Counted from the first letter of the stretch, positions 1 to 9,222 are shown. The stretch: DNA of 64,000 nucleotides from Patescibacteria group bacterium (GCA_041660605.1 JBAZWB010000001.1:73295-137294); one strand, 5' to 3'. The notes: generated from the letters alone by a model not told the origin. Numbers and translations are program-made.

Positions 1-25
1 GTAAACAATAAGCAAAAATAACCAT

Positions 26-1177
26 ATGATATGTACAATGCATACGCACGAGATCGGCAGTCTGGCCAAACCGGAATGGCGCGTTAAAAGCGCCAGAGGC
101 CTGAAGCTTACGCCAAAAGATATATATGACGCAGAAGAGTGGGGCAGGAAGCTGGGCATTGATTCGCAGCCGCTTATTTCTTTGCTGAAAAAAGACAAAA
201 AAAGCAGCGAAGACCTGAAGGAAATCCGGTGCATTTCTTCTCTCTATGGTTTGCGCCTGATTGAGAAAGCCGGCATTGATATCGTCTATGACGGCGAACA
301 GCAGCGCTCGGAAATGTACCACGAGGCAGCCAGCCATACCGGAGGCATAAAATTTTACGGAAGCGTCCGGTCGTTTGACAACAAGTATTACAAAAAAGGC
401 GCCTGCCTCGGCCAGCCGAGTTTTATCGGCGCTTATCATTTGCAGGAATTCAAGCAAATTGCCGCTATGACCAACCGCCCGCTGAAAGTTCCCATTACCG
501 GCGCCTATACTTTCGGCGACTGGTCTTATGACGAGTTTTATACCAAGAGATCGTTTGCCATCGGCACTTCGCAGGGCCGGAGCGACCGCCGTTTAGCGCG
601 CAGGCAATTCATATTAGACGTAGCCAGGCGCGTTATCAAACCGAACATCGAGGCTTTAGTCAAAGCCGGAGCCACCTGGGTGCAGATTGATGAACCGGCT
701 GTCACTTCCCATCCGGAAGAGGTGCCATTATTTGTTGAGTCATTTAATGCTTCCACTGAAGGCATCAAATGCATGTTCAGCGTGCATATTTGCTTCAGCG
801 ATTACACCAAATTATTTCCGCATATTAAAAAACTAAAGAGCTGCAGCCAGTACGCTCTGGAATTCGCCAATCGTGACAGCCGCAAGCTAGGTACAAAGGA
901 TTCGGACCGACCGGGCTATCAGGTGCTCAAATTGTTCCGCCAGCACCGCATTCCCGGAGCGATTGGATTAGGGGTGACGGACATACATACTGATTTTCTT
1001 GAGTCACCAGAGCTGGTACGCGACCGCATCCTTTATGCGGTTAAAGTAATGGGCGACCCGCGCCTGGTATTTCCCACACCTGACTGCGGTTTGCGCACGC
1101 GTTCAATCCCCATAGCTTTTGAGAAGATGAAGAGGACAGTAGACGGCACCAGACTGGCTGAAGCCCGTTTAGCTTAA
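26..1177 (+). CDS. metE: Cobalamin-independent methionine synthase, short MetE C-terminal-domain type (5-methyltetrahydropteroyltriglutamate-homocysteine methyltransferase-like)
   Basis: Translation contains WVQIDEPAV and a C-terminal PDCGLRTRS motif. The His/Cys/Glu pattern is typical of the MetE/UROD-like Zn-dependent methyltransferase fold. It lies immediately upstream of metK. The start codon is not certain. Confidence 0.65.
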   Translation: MICTMHTHEIGSLAKPEWRVKSARGLKLTPKDIYDAEEWGRKLGIDSQPLISLLKKDKKSSEDLKEIRCISSLYGLRLIEKAGIDIVYDGEQQRSEMYHEAASHTGGIKFYGSVRSFDNKYYKKGACLGQPSFIGAYHLQEFKQIAAMTNRPLKVPITGAYTFGDWSYDEFYTKRSFAIGTSQGRSDRRLARRQFILDVARRVIKPNIEALVKAGATWVQIDEPAVTSHPEEVPLFVESFNASTEGIKCMFSVHICFSDYTKLFPHIKKLKSCSQYALEFANRDSRKLGTKDSDRPGYQVLKLFRQHRIPGAIGLGVTDIHTDFLESPELVRDRILYAVKVMGDPRLVFPTPDCGLRTRSIPIAFEKMKRTVDGTRLAEARLA

Positions 1178-1237
1178 TAATAATATTCCGCCAAAGGCGG
1201 ATCACCCGTAGGGTGATAATAAATAGGATAAAAAATT

Positions 1238-2392
1238 ATGTCAGAACGAAAAAGGTTATTTACCTCAGAATCAGTGACCGAGGGGCATCCGGATAAGATC
1301 TGCGACCAGATTTCCGATGCGGTCTATGACGAGATGTTAAAACAGGATAAAAACTGCCATTCGGCAGTAGAGTGTTTTGTCACCACCGGCTTGGTGATGA
1401 TCGGCGGGGAAGTAAAAACCACCGGCTACGTGGATATCCAGGAGATTGTCCGCCGGACGCTGAAAAAAATCGGTTATGATAAGCCCGAATACGGTTTTTG
1501 CTATTCGGATGTCGGCGTTATCAGCACTATTCATGAGCAGTCTCCGGACATTGCCCAGGGCGTGGACGGCACAGGCGAACGCAAAGAGGAAGGCGCCGGC
1601 GATCAGGGTTTGATGTTTGGCTATGCCTCCGACGAAACTCCGGAGTATATGCCCCTGACAATTTCCCTGGCTCATAAACTCACCAAGAGGCTGGCAGAAG
1701 TTCGGAAAAACGGACAGCTTCCTTATCTGCGGCCGGACGGAAAATCACAGGTAACAGTGGAATACGTGGATGATAAGCCGCACCGCATTGAGACAGTCGT
1801 GATTGCCGCGCACCATTCAGAGGATGTCACCGAGGAAAAGCTTCGTGCAGATATCAAGGAACAGGTGATCAAGCCCGTCTTAGGCGATTGGTATAATGAT
1901 AAGATAAAGTTTTACATCAATGCTACCGGTCGTTTTGTCATCGGCGGGCCTCCGGGCGACACCGGCCTGACTGGCAGAAAAATCATCGTTGATACTTATG
2001 GCGGCGTGGGTGCGCACGGCGGCGGGTGTTTTTCCGGCAAGGACGTAACAAAAGTTGACCGCAGCGCTTCGTATGCTGCCCGTTATATCGCCAAAAATAT
2101 CGTAGCTGCGGGTTTAGCGAAAAAATGCGAAGTGCAGTTAGCCTACGCCATCGGCGTGGCAGAACCGGTTTCAATCATGGTCAATACCTTTGGCACGGGA
2201 AAACTGGAAAACGGCGACATTGAAGAGCTGGTAAAAAAGAATTTTCCGGTCAAGCCGGCTGATATCATAGAACAGCTGAACCTGAAGCAGCCGATTTACG
2301 AGAAAACCGCGGCTTACGGGCACTTCGGACGTACGGACGTGGAATTTCCCTGGGAGAAATTGGATAAAGTAGAGGTGTTGAAGAAAAATTAG
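1238..2392 (+). CDS. metK: S-adenosylmethionine synthetase
   Basis: N-terminal [19 protein letters not shown] signature and GGGAFSGKD-like motifs, 384 aa. An AGGA-type RBS lies upstream. Confidence 0.95.
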   Translation: MSERKRLFTSESVTEGHPDKICDQISDAVYDEMLKQDKNCHSAVECFVTTGLVMIGGEVKTTGYVDIQEIVRRTLKKIGYDKPEYGFCYSDVGVISTIHEQSPDIAQGVDGTGERKEEGAGDQGLMFGYASDETPEYMPLTISLAHKLTKRLAEVRKNGQLPYLRPDGKSQVTVEYVDDKPHRIETVVIAAHHSEDVTEEKLRADIKEQVIKPVLGDWYNDKIKFYINATGRFVIGGPPGDTGLTGRKIIVDTYGGVGAHGGGCFSGKDVTKVDRSASYAARYIAKNIVAAGLAKKCEVQLAYAIGVAEPVSIMVNTFGTGKLENGDIEELVKKNFPVKPADIIEQLNLKQPIYEKTAAYGHFGRTDVEFPWEKLDKVEVLKKN

Positions 2393-2414
2393 CGTTTTTA
2401 ACAACAATTGAGTG

Positions 2415-2463
2415 GAGACGGGATTAATAATCCCGTCTCTTCATGTAGGTTGACTTTTTTTAT
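2415..2463 (+). terminator. Hairpin GAGACGGGATT-aat-AATCCCGTCTC downstream of metK, with a T-run 15 nt later
   Basis: 11-bp perfect inverted repeat. The U-tract is not immediately adjacent, so this is a weak intrinsic-terminator call. Confidence 0.3.
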
Positions 2464-2526
2464 TTGCAGTGGTACGGTACGTTAATATTATTTGATCTTT
2501 ACATTTAGAGAGTGAGGTTTGCATGA

Positions 2527-3420
2527 TTGGTTGGGTTTGTACCCGTCGCGCTCAAAGTCGCGGTGGGCAGTGGCCTCATGCCGTATTTAACCAAACGAGT
2601 TTCCCGCTTGCCCGCGCAGCCCCGATGTTTCGTCCTGACCTACGTGTTTTGTGCGGCGTTAGTCGTCGTCATGGCGATCATGGCGGGACAGGTGGCGCTG
2701 GACGGAACCATTCTGATAATCGGGATATTCAATGCTATCGGTACCTACTTCTGGTGGTGGAGTACCGACATCAGCATGAGTAAGACTGCGCTCTATGGCT
2801 TATGGGCAGACATGCTGGCGATGTTTTTGAGCTGGTTAGTGCTCAATGAAGGGCACTTCCTTAATGACGGCATACTGGTTGGGCTTAGCCTGAGCGTCTT
2901 GTCGGCGGTGTTATTCGCCTACACTGACTACCGTCAGTCCAGCGCGGATGAGCGCAGAGCAGGATCAAGTTTCCGGTTCTACCTGTATATCGGGATCTGT
3001 TTCACCATTTGCGGCGTAACGATGTTTTTAACGCGCTATTGGGTGGTCCAATCTATGCCGATAATGACGTTTGTAGTATCCTGGTATGTTGGCTGTATAC
3101 CCGGTGCTTTATCCGTCCTTGTCATGACCACGGTGTTTGGTAATGATCGGCAGGCATCGGTACGCCGGTACAGCATAGGCGAACTGCTATCAATATTGCT
3201 GGTGGCCATCTCGTTTATCGCTTATACTGCATTGGGTTTTTGGGCATATGAGACTTCACAGCTTATTGTCCTGCCGATTGTGATGGTCGGCGATGTCGTT
3301 GTGCCTTCGTTGATAGGCTTATTCTTTTTTTCTGAGCGGAAAAAGCTCAATCGGGTCCAATGGGCTATTTTTGCCCTTGGTTTCGTCGGCTGCTGCATCA
3401 TTGCGACTAGTCATTGGTAA
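2527..3420 (+). CDS. Polytopic integral membrane protein (possibly DMT/EamA-like transporter)
   Basis: 297 aa with about 8-10 hydrophobic helices. TTG start 9 nt after a GAGG RBS. The overlapping ATG-started 86-aa frame is Arg/Gly-rich and not protein-like. Confidence 0.55.
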   Translation: MVGFVPVALKVAVGSGLMPYLTKRVSRLPAQPRCFVLTYVFCAALVVVMAIMAGQVALDGTILIIGIFNAIGTYFWWWSTDISMSKTALYGLWADMLAMFLSWLVLNEGHFLNDGILVGLSLSVLSAVLFAYTDYRQSSADERRAGSSFRFYLYIGICFTICGVTMFLTRYWVVQSMPIMTFVVSWYVGCIPGALSVLVMTTVFGNDRQASVRRYSIGELLSILLVAISFIAYTALGFWAYETSQLIVLPIVMVGDVVVPSLIGLFFFSERKKLNRVQWAIFALGFVGCCIIATSHW

Positions 3421-3422
3421 TT

Positions 3423-3461
3423 GGCGGTTCTCGTTCACGTGAGCCGCTTTTTTATTTTTTT
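3423..3461 (+). terminator. Rho-independent terminator after membrane protein gene
   Basis: GCGG(tt)CTC-gttcacgt-GAGCCGC hairpin followed by TTTTTTATTTTTTT. Confidence 0.5.
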
Positions 3462-3540
3462 GGTATTTTTAAACCGTTCTCCGAATGAATATTCGTTGGC
3501 GTATGGCGTGTTTAATAATCCCGCTTAGATAAATTGGAAT

Positions 3541-3574
3541 AAAAAAATGGGCAACTCATGATTGAGTCGCCCAT
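3541..3574 (-). terminator. Rho-independent terminator for minus-strand gene 3737..4354
   Basis: ATGGGC-aACTCAtgatTGAGTc-GCCCAT hairpin preceded on the plus strand by AAAAAAA, which is a T-run on the minus strand. Confidence 0.45.
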
Positions 3575-3736
3575 CGCTCTAGTTATGAACCGTCAGCGCC
3601 AGCGCCGAGGTTCTTTTCAGAGCTACTGCGGCAGTCGCCGCTTCCGCCTTGATTTGCGAAGATAAGCTCCTTTCTCCCTGAACACAGGGAGGTTGTGAGA
3701 AAGAGAAAGGCACTATCAGGCAATCAGGCGATGGCG

Positions 3737-4354
3737 CTAATGGCCAAGTGTGCGTTTGTCTGTAATCTCCAAAGAGTGGCGGTGGTTTACCAAACTATCG
3801 AGTATCATGACCGTGGCTTCTGCCAGATTCTCAAAAGCTTCCTGGGGCACCCATTCACCTTTATCCAAATCCCAGAATCCAATCCTTTTAGGCAGAAAGT
3901 ATGCGAGGTGAATGATTTTACCGTCTCTTGTGGAGAAGCCGGTATCCAGCAAAAGCATACTTGCCGCCATGTGATCCTTCATATAGTGGATAACTGGGAA
4001 ACTTACGATGTGGGAAATTTTGTTTTCCCAAGCGCCTGCCACCATCAGCCTGGCAAGGGACATCCTGAGTTCTGGCACGTCCCGGATTCCAAAGCGATCC
4101 TGATGCGTTTTACCACAAATATGGAGTTTGCATGTATCGCAGAGGACCTCAACGCGGGACTTATCTCCGCAACCGGTGAAAAAAAAGTAGAGATCACCCT
4201 CGCATTGGTTAGGTTCGGTTAAATCCGTATGATCACTATCATTTGGGGCTTGCAACGGCCAATGGTTGCCAAGCGAGATGACAACTTCTCTCCTACTTAA
4301 GCCCCAGCTAGATGTAGGAGTAAAAGGGATGATGAGGGACTTTTTGAGGTCCAT
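3737..4354 (-). CDS. Hypothetical Cys-cluster (putative Zn-binding) protein, 205 aa
   Basis: Strong RBS AAAGGAGAAAACC directly before its ATG at 4354 and its own downstream terminator. The composition is protein-like (D/E/K-rich). It carries a C-x10-C-x9-C-x2-C-x4-C cluster (TGCGDKSRVEVLCDTCKLHICGKTH). It is preferred over the antisense 3695..4222 ORF. Confidence 0.45.
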   Translation of the reverse strand: MDLKKSLIIPFTPTSSWGLSRREVVISLGNHWPLQAPNDSDHTDLTEPNQCEGDLYFFFTGCGDKSRVEVLCDTCKLHICGKTHQDRFGIRDVPELRMSLARLMVAGAWENKISHIVSFPVIHYMKDHMAASMLLLDTGFSTRDGKIIHLAYFLPKRIGFWDLDKGEWVPQEAFENLAEATVMILDSLVNHRHSLEITDKRTLGH

Positions 4355-4576
4355 GGTTTTCTCCTTTCACTCTGCACTCAGGATTTTACGACCTGCGCAG
4401 TCAGTGAATGATGGGTTTTTGGTTGCGCTCGCATTCATATTGATTTTGAACGAGCAGTGGATGGTAGATTCTAGCATGCCCAAAGGAAATTGTCAACCGC
4501 GCTAGTGGCCCATCCCTTTGACAGTATTTCTTGGATACGATACAGTAACGAAAACTGTAAAAGATGAGAGGGTATT

Positions 4577-4834
4577 GTGGCTCTTTATACATTGCAACGA
4601 ACCGTGAGTTGTATCGGCCGACGGCCAGAAGTGATTGAGGCGTGTCTGCAGAACGTAAAGGAGAATATCGAACTTCTTGGGGCGACTGAGGTTACTATTG
4701 AAGTAGAGCAATTGGAAAAGTCGAGAATCGAACGCCTGTCGTACGAATTTTCCGAGGATACTTTTGGCAGTTCGTTCCATATCGCCCAGCATCTTGCCGC
4801 GTCTGGATTTACTTTGACTGTCGCAAAGTCATGA
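4577..4834 (+). CDS. Hypothetical small protein, 85 aa
   Basis: GTG start 6 nt after a GAGAGGG RBS. Charged, globular-looking composition. No family recognised. Confidence 0.3.
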   Translation: MALYTLQRTVSCIGRRPEVIEACLQNVKENIELLGATEVTIEVEQLEKSRIERLSYEFSEDTFGSSFHIAQHLAASGFTLTVAKS

Positions 4835-4937
4835 AGTCGTTATGCGAGTAGGCGGGGTTTTTACTCCCTCCTACTCTTATTTTTGTTTGTTTTTTACCGC
4901 CAAAACGGCTATAATTACGTTTAAAGGATATAAAGGT

Positions 4938-5330
4938 ATGGCAAAAAAATTAATAATATTCGTTTCTGTTTTTTTGCTGGCTATAGCCCTCAGCGCCTGC
5001 GCTAAGAAATCCGCGAATACCAACAGCTTCAACGCCGCGGAAATTGTTTCTGGCGCGGCCGATATTAAAATTAAACAGCAGGCAGATAAAGATCTGGCTG
5101 TTGCCAAGGCTAAAGAGCAGTGGCGCGTAAATTTTCAGCTAGGTGAGGATTTGTCAAATGGACCGTGCCTGGCTGATATTATAATTACCGATTGGTCAGC
5201 GGACATCGCCCATAACCCGCGCCAGGCGGTTGACGACGAACCGGCTAATCAATGCGCAGCCTATCGCTCCGGTAAAACTCACCATTTTGTGGAACTGGAT
5301 CCGGCGGGGAATTTGATAAAGGCACAATAA
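4938..5330 (+). CDS. Putative lipoprotein, about 130 aa
   Basis: MAKKLIIFVSVFLLAIALSAC is a signal peptide with an L-S-A-C lipobox. AAAGGA RBS before the ATG at 4938. The ORF track's upstream extension from 4842 is probably not translated. Confidence 0.6.
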   Translation: MAKKLIIFVSVFLLAIALSACAKKSANTNSFNAAEIVSGAADIKIKQQADKDLAVAKAKEQWRVNFQLGEDLSNGPCLADIIITDWSADIAHNPRQAVDDEPANQCAAYRSGKTHHFVELDPAGNLIKAQ

Positions 5331-5519
5331 AAAATGCGAATAGAAAAATCCAATAGAGTTTTAGAAATATTTTTTAAAATCCGAAATTCGAAACAAATCC
5401 TAACGACAAAATATTAAAAATTTAAACGACTTTCGCAAGCACTGTTTTGAACATTTTATTTTTTGATTTAGATATTGTTTCGGATTTCGTGCTTCGTGTT
5501 TAGAAATTAATTTAATTTT

Positions 5520-5840
5520 ATGATTCACGTCTACGTTCACTATCCGAGTATCAAGGAAGCCAGAAAAATATCACGCTTGATTTTGCAGAAGCATCTGGCG
5601 GCCTGCGTCAATTTTATCAAGCAGGAGGATCTTTACTGGTGGCGCGGCAAAATGGTGCAGACCAGGGGTATAGTTACTTTGATCGCCACGCAGAAAAAAT
5701 ATTTCCGGACAATAAAAGCGCTGGTTAAAAGCCAGCATTCGTACGAAGTGCCGTGCATTCTCGAGATGCCGGTTGGCCGCGTTTTGAGATCCTACGAGCG
5801 CTGGCTGATTGACGAAACTAGGAACCCAAAATCTGCATGA
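5520..5840 (+). CDS. cutA: Divalent-cation tolerance protein CutA family
   Basis: 106 aa; LAACVN...LYWWRG...HSYEVPCILEMPV matches the CutA1 fold signature. 4-bp overlap (ATGA) with the next gene. Confidence 0.7.
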   Translation: MIHVYVHYPSIKEARKISRLILQKHLAACVNFIKQEDLYWWRGKMVQTRGIVTLIATQKKYFRTIKALVKSQHSYEVPCILEMPVGRVLRSYERWLIDETRNPKSA

Positions 5841-7147
5841 AGTCAAAGATAAAAAAAATAATACCTAAATTCTTACTGCAGTTTTACCATCTTTTTTTGG
5901 CCAACGCGGGAGCTTTTTTTTATGGTTATCCCTCCCGGCGGATGGTTGTTATCGGCGTGACTGGCACCAAGGGCAAATCAACGGTAGTTAATCTCATTGC
6001 CAAAGTGCTTGAGGCAGCGGGAGAGAAGGTTGGTTTAGCCTCGACGATGAATTTTAAAATTGCCAATAAAATATGGGAGAATGACACAAAGCAGACAATG
6101 CCCGGCCGTTTCCGCCTGCAGCGGCTTTTATCCCAGATGGTGAAAAACGGCTGCCAGTACGCGATCATAGAAACTTCTTCCGAGGGCATTGCTCAATATC
6201 GCCATCTGGGGATTAATTATGATATTGCCGTTTTTACCAATCTTTCGCCGGAGCACATAGAAGCGCACGGCAGTTTTGAAAAGTATCGCGAGGCTAAAGG
6301 CAGGTTATTCAGCCGGCTGGTTTTTTCCGGAAGGAAGATAATTGACGGCAAAAAGATTAAAAAAGTGATAGTCGCCAATATTGACGATCAGCAGGCCGGT
6401 TATTTCCTGAATTTCAAGGCCGATGAAAAATGGGGCTATGGCATGGCCATCAAAGGCCACGATAATCCCAAGGCGGAGAATAAGGTTCTGGCCAGGGACG
6501 TGATCGTTTATCCGAACAACACCAGTTTTGAAGTTGACGCGCAACCTATTGAGCTGCGGTTGTTGGGTGAATTCAACGTCTATAACTCGCTGGCGGCCAT
6601 CACCGTGGGATACACGCAGGGCTTGCAGCTTTTGGCCATGAAAAATGCTTTGGAAGAAGTACGATTTATGCCTGGCCGGCTTGAGGAGATAGCGAACAAT
6701 CGCGGTTTCAGGATTTTCATTGATTACGCCCACGAACCAGCCTCACTGGAGGAAGTCTATAAAACCCTGCGGTCTTTCAAGCCCCGGAAGATTATCAGCG
6801 TCCTGGGCTCGCAGGGAGGCGGACGCGATAAAAGGAAGCGTCCGATCCTGGGCCGGCTGGCGGGGCAATATACTGACCTGGTTATAATCACCAATGAGGA
6901 TCCCTATGATGAAAATCCGCAAACCATAATTGACGAGGTGGCAGCCGGAGCAGAAGCCTCAGGCAATAAGCAAGTAGGGAAAATCTTGGATCGCCGAACC
7001 GCCATTGTTGAGGCGATTGGCCAAGCGCGGAAGGGCGACATCGTCATTATTACCGGTAAGGGAAGTGAAACGGTTATGGCCGTTAAAAACGACAAAAAAA
7101 TTCCCTGGGATGACCGGAAGACGGTGAAAGAAATACTTGAGAAATAG
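5837..7147 (+). CDS. murE: Mur ligase family, MurE-like (UDP-MurNAc-L-Ala-D-Glu:diamino-acid ligase) with a truncated N-terminal domain
   Basis: P-loop GVTGTKGKST. ETSSEGIAQYRHLGINYDIAVFTNLSPEHIEAHGSFEKYREAKGRLF is close to the E. coli MurE central domain. C-terminal ITGKGSE...W region. Only about 35 aa precede the P-loop. Confidence 0.75.
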   Translation: MKSKIKKIIPKFLLQFYHLFLANAGAFFYGYPSRRMVVIGVTGTKGKSTVVNLIAKVLEAAGEKVGLASTMNFKIANKIWENDTKQTMPGRFRLQRLLSQMVKNGCQYAIIETSSEGIAQYRHLGINYDIAVFTNLSPEHIEAHGSFEKYREAKGRLFSRLVFSGRKIIDGKKIKKVIVANIDDQQAGYFLNFKADEKWGYGMAIKGHDNPKAENKVLARDVIVYPNNTSFEVDAQPIELRLLGEFNVYNSLAAITVGYTQGLQLLAMKNALEEVRFMPGRLEEIANNRGFRIFIDYAHEPASLEEVYKTLRSFKPRKIISVLGSQGGGRDKRKRPILGRLAGQYTDLVIITNEDPYDENPQTIIDEVAAGAEASGNKQVGKILDRRTAIVEAIGQARKGDIVIITGKGSETVMAVKNDKKIPWDDRKTVKEILEK

Positions 7148-7222
7148 GAAATTATTTTTTATATTTTGGGGCTGTTTAAAAAAATTAAAACAGTCTTTTT
7201 AAGATCCAACAAGTTTTTAAGG

Positions 7223-7251
7223 TTGACATGGCAGGGTTGTCTTGTTAATAT
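7223..7251 (+). promoter_or_regulatory. Sigma70-like promoter TTGACA-N17-TAATAT upstream of the HTH gene
   Basis: Read directly: TTGACA at 7223-7228, 17-nt spacer, TAATAT at 7246-7251. Confidence 0.4.
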
Positions 7252-7316
7252 TACCAACTATTAATTGTCCTTTTACACAGAATTTTTAATATCAATATAC
7301 AGGAAGGAGTGGAAAG

Positions 7317-8162
7317 TTGAGCGCAGGAAAATACGATTCAGCAAGGATACTCGAGCTGATTCAAGAAATTGTTGAAGCAAACGGCAAGCAGGAATTCCTG
7401 ACCGAAGGCCAAGCAAGCCCGCTTCCGGGATTGATGCGATCACTCTGCGAATCACTTCGTATGTCGAAGCAGCAGCTGGGCGCGTTGATCAGCGTGTCTA
7501 CCGCCACTATTATGCGCTGGACGAGAGAGGGCCTTACCGGCGTTATTCAGCCTCAAACATTAGCCAGATTGAGAGACACGGTTGAGATTTTTTTGCAGTC
7601 AGCTGAAGCGTCTGATGAATGCGCCGTATTGGCAGGCAATACTATTGGCATATGGGGATCCAGTCGGTTGATTGAAGCGGCTGCGAGCGCCACAGAGATG
7701 TGGATGCTAGTCGGTGAAAACAGCGAATCTGCTTTTGATGCTGACAAATTTCGTTTCGCACTAAAGGAGGCCCTCTCCGCGAATAAGCAACTTATTCTTT
7801 ATCTGGTGCATTTTGCCGGGGCCATAAGCGCGAGAGAGGCGTTTGAACATTTTGCTGATTTTGCTGCCACGCCAGAGAGGGTGCGCGTAATTCCAGTTTC
7901 TCGGCCGGAGGAATTATACGCCCTGGGAATATCCAAGGTGTCGTCGCCGCTTATCGTGTTTGTCTACGGCCAAGGCTCGGCCACGCCGCAAAGGGTAGCG
8001 GTAATCTTCCAGGAGCAGAGTATAGTAACGGTTGACAAGGTAACTGGCGAGCCGTCTGGACAGGATTATTCCATATGTTTTGTGCAGCTTGGAGACGCGG
8101 CGACTCTCAAGTGTTTCGATGCCTTGGTTCTGGCGTTCAGAAAAATTCGTTCGTTAGTTTGA
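7317..8162 (+). CDS. HTH (XRE-like) domain protein with an uncharacterised 190-aa C-terminal domain
   Basis: TTG start 7 nt after an AGGAAGGAG RBS. Helix-turn-helix segment LGALISVSTATIMRWTREG. Local GC is higher than in neighbouring genes. Confidence 0.5.
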   Translation: MSAGKYDSARILELIQEIVEANGKQEFLTEGQASPLPGLMRSLCESLRMSKQQLGALISVSTATIMRWTREGLTGVIQPQTLARLRDTVEIFLQSAEASDECAVLAGNTIGIWGSSRLIEAAASATEMWMLVGENSESAFDADKFRFALKEALSANKQLILYLVHFAGAISAREAFEHFADFAATPERVRVIPVSRPEELYALGISKVSSPLIVFVYGQGSATPQRVAVIFQEQSIVTVDKVTGEPSGQDYSICFVQLGDAATLKCFDALVLAFRKIRSLV

Positions 8163-8170
8163 GCCATCAG

Positions 8171-8206
8171 GAGATTGCGAGTGGGCAAACGCAATCTCTT
8201 TTTTTA
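8171..8206 (+). terminator. Rho-independent terminator
   Basis: GAGATTGCG-agtgggcaaa-CGCAATCTC followed by TTTTTTTT. Confidence 0.6.
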
Positions 8207-8323
8207 TCTAAAGCCTCTATTTAAAGAGGAGTTGCTTTTATTATTTAATTATTCTAAGATATGATAATAAATAAAAACAATAATCGCTATTAGATAAAGA
8301 AAAAGTTTAAACTGGAGGTAATA

Positions 8324-8740
8324 ATGAGCAAACCAAGGATCGCTTGGTACGGTGTATCTGGCCGAGACAATTTCTACTTGCTTTGCCTGCGCCGTCTTGA
8401 GAACGTTTTCGAGGTAAGATGCTTCGAATCTGTAGAAAAGTTCGATGATGAACCAGGGGAAGATAATCCGGTCATGCAAATCGCCAAATTCAATCCGCAC
8501 ATGGTGATCATCAATGACACCGGAAACGGGTTACAGCTTCTTGGCAAGCTGAGAGAACGCATCCACTTCCTAACTGTAGTTATTTCATTATTTTATGAGG
8601 ACAGTACCACGCGTGCTCAGCTCAGACAGGCAGGAATAGCCGATTGGCAGATTATTAATGAAAGAATCACTGCCGATTCCTTCGCCGAGGAGTTAAAAAG
8701 ATTCAAGCAACTTCACATCGACAAGATCGCGCTCGATTGA
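8324..8740 (+). CDS. Stand-alone receiver(CheY)-like domain protein, possibly degenerate
   Basis: 138 aa with the alternating beta/alpha pattern of a receiver domain (RIAWYGVSG...HMVIINDTGNG...). The acidic pocket is incomplete. GGAGG RBS upstream. Confidence 0.45.
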   Translation: MSKPRIAWYGVSGRDNFYLLCLRRLENVFEVRCFESVEKFDDEPGEDNPVMQIAKFNPHMVIINDTGNGLQLLGKLRERIHFLTVVISLFYEDSTTRAQLRQAGIADWQIINERITADSFAEELKRFKQLHIDKIALD

Positions 8741-9222
8741 GCAAAAAGGGTAGCCAATATCCTGATCCGCCAGTAGGCCAAGTGCCTGCCGGTGGATTTT
8801 TTTATAAAACGAAGAATGATTTGGGCCTTAGTTAAATAAAAGTTAGGTCGTTAGACGTGTAATCTTTCGCCAATTCTTCCCATTTTTAAGAGCTTTTTTC
8901 ATTGTGGATAAGTTAATTCACTATTTTCAAAGTTTTTGAAAGTTTAAAATATTGTTTAAATATCCATACTAAGATTAGCGAAAAAATAATATCTTGACAG
9001 GAATTAGGGGTTTGGGCTTGACAGCTTTTGCCCCCTCTGGTACACTCGGAAGTACACATTCCTTACAAAAGGAAGACGTCTAAACATTCAAATGACGTTG
9101 TTATACAAAGCAAGACATTAAAATTGTAACGGTTAATTAACTCTTTTCTGCCTATCTGAAAGGGAAGAGGCTATTTGCTTATATTCTTTTTTTAAAATTT
9201 ATTATTTTATAACTTTTAATTA

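Noticed and set aside
2523-2783. 86-aa ATG-initiated ORF overlapping the membrane protein gene in another frame
   Set aside because: The Arg/Gly-rich translation is not protein-like. The 297-aa TM protein in the alternative frame explains the region.
3695-4222. 175-aa plus-strand ORF antisense to the 3737..4354 gene
   Set aside because: The opposite-strand ORF has a strong RBS, its own terminator and a more protein-like composition. This one is Cys/His/Phe-biased, with no RBS logic beyond a GTG start.
4266-4792. ORFs 4266..4505 (+), 4401..4592 (-) and 4502..4792 (-)
   Set aside because: They are mutually overlapping, lack RBS context and have odd composition. Only the 4577..4834 plus-strand ORF, which has a GAGAGGG RBS, was kept, and that at low confidence.
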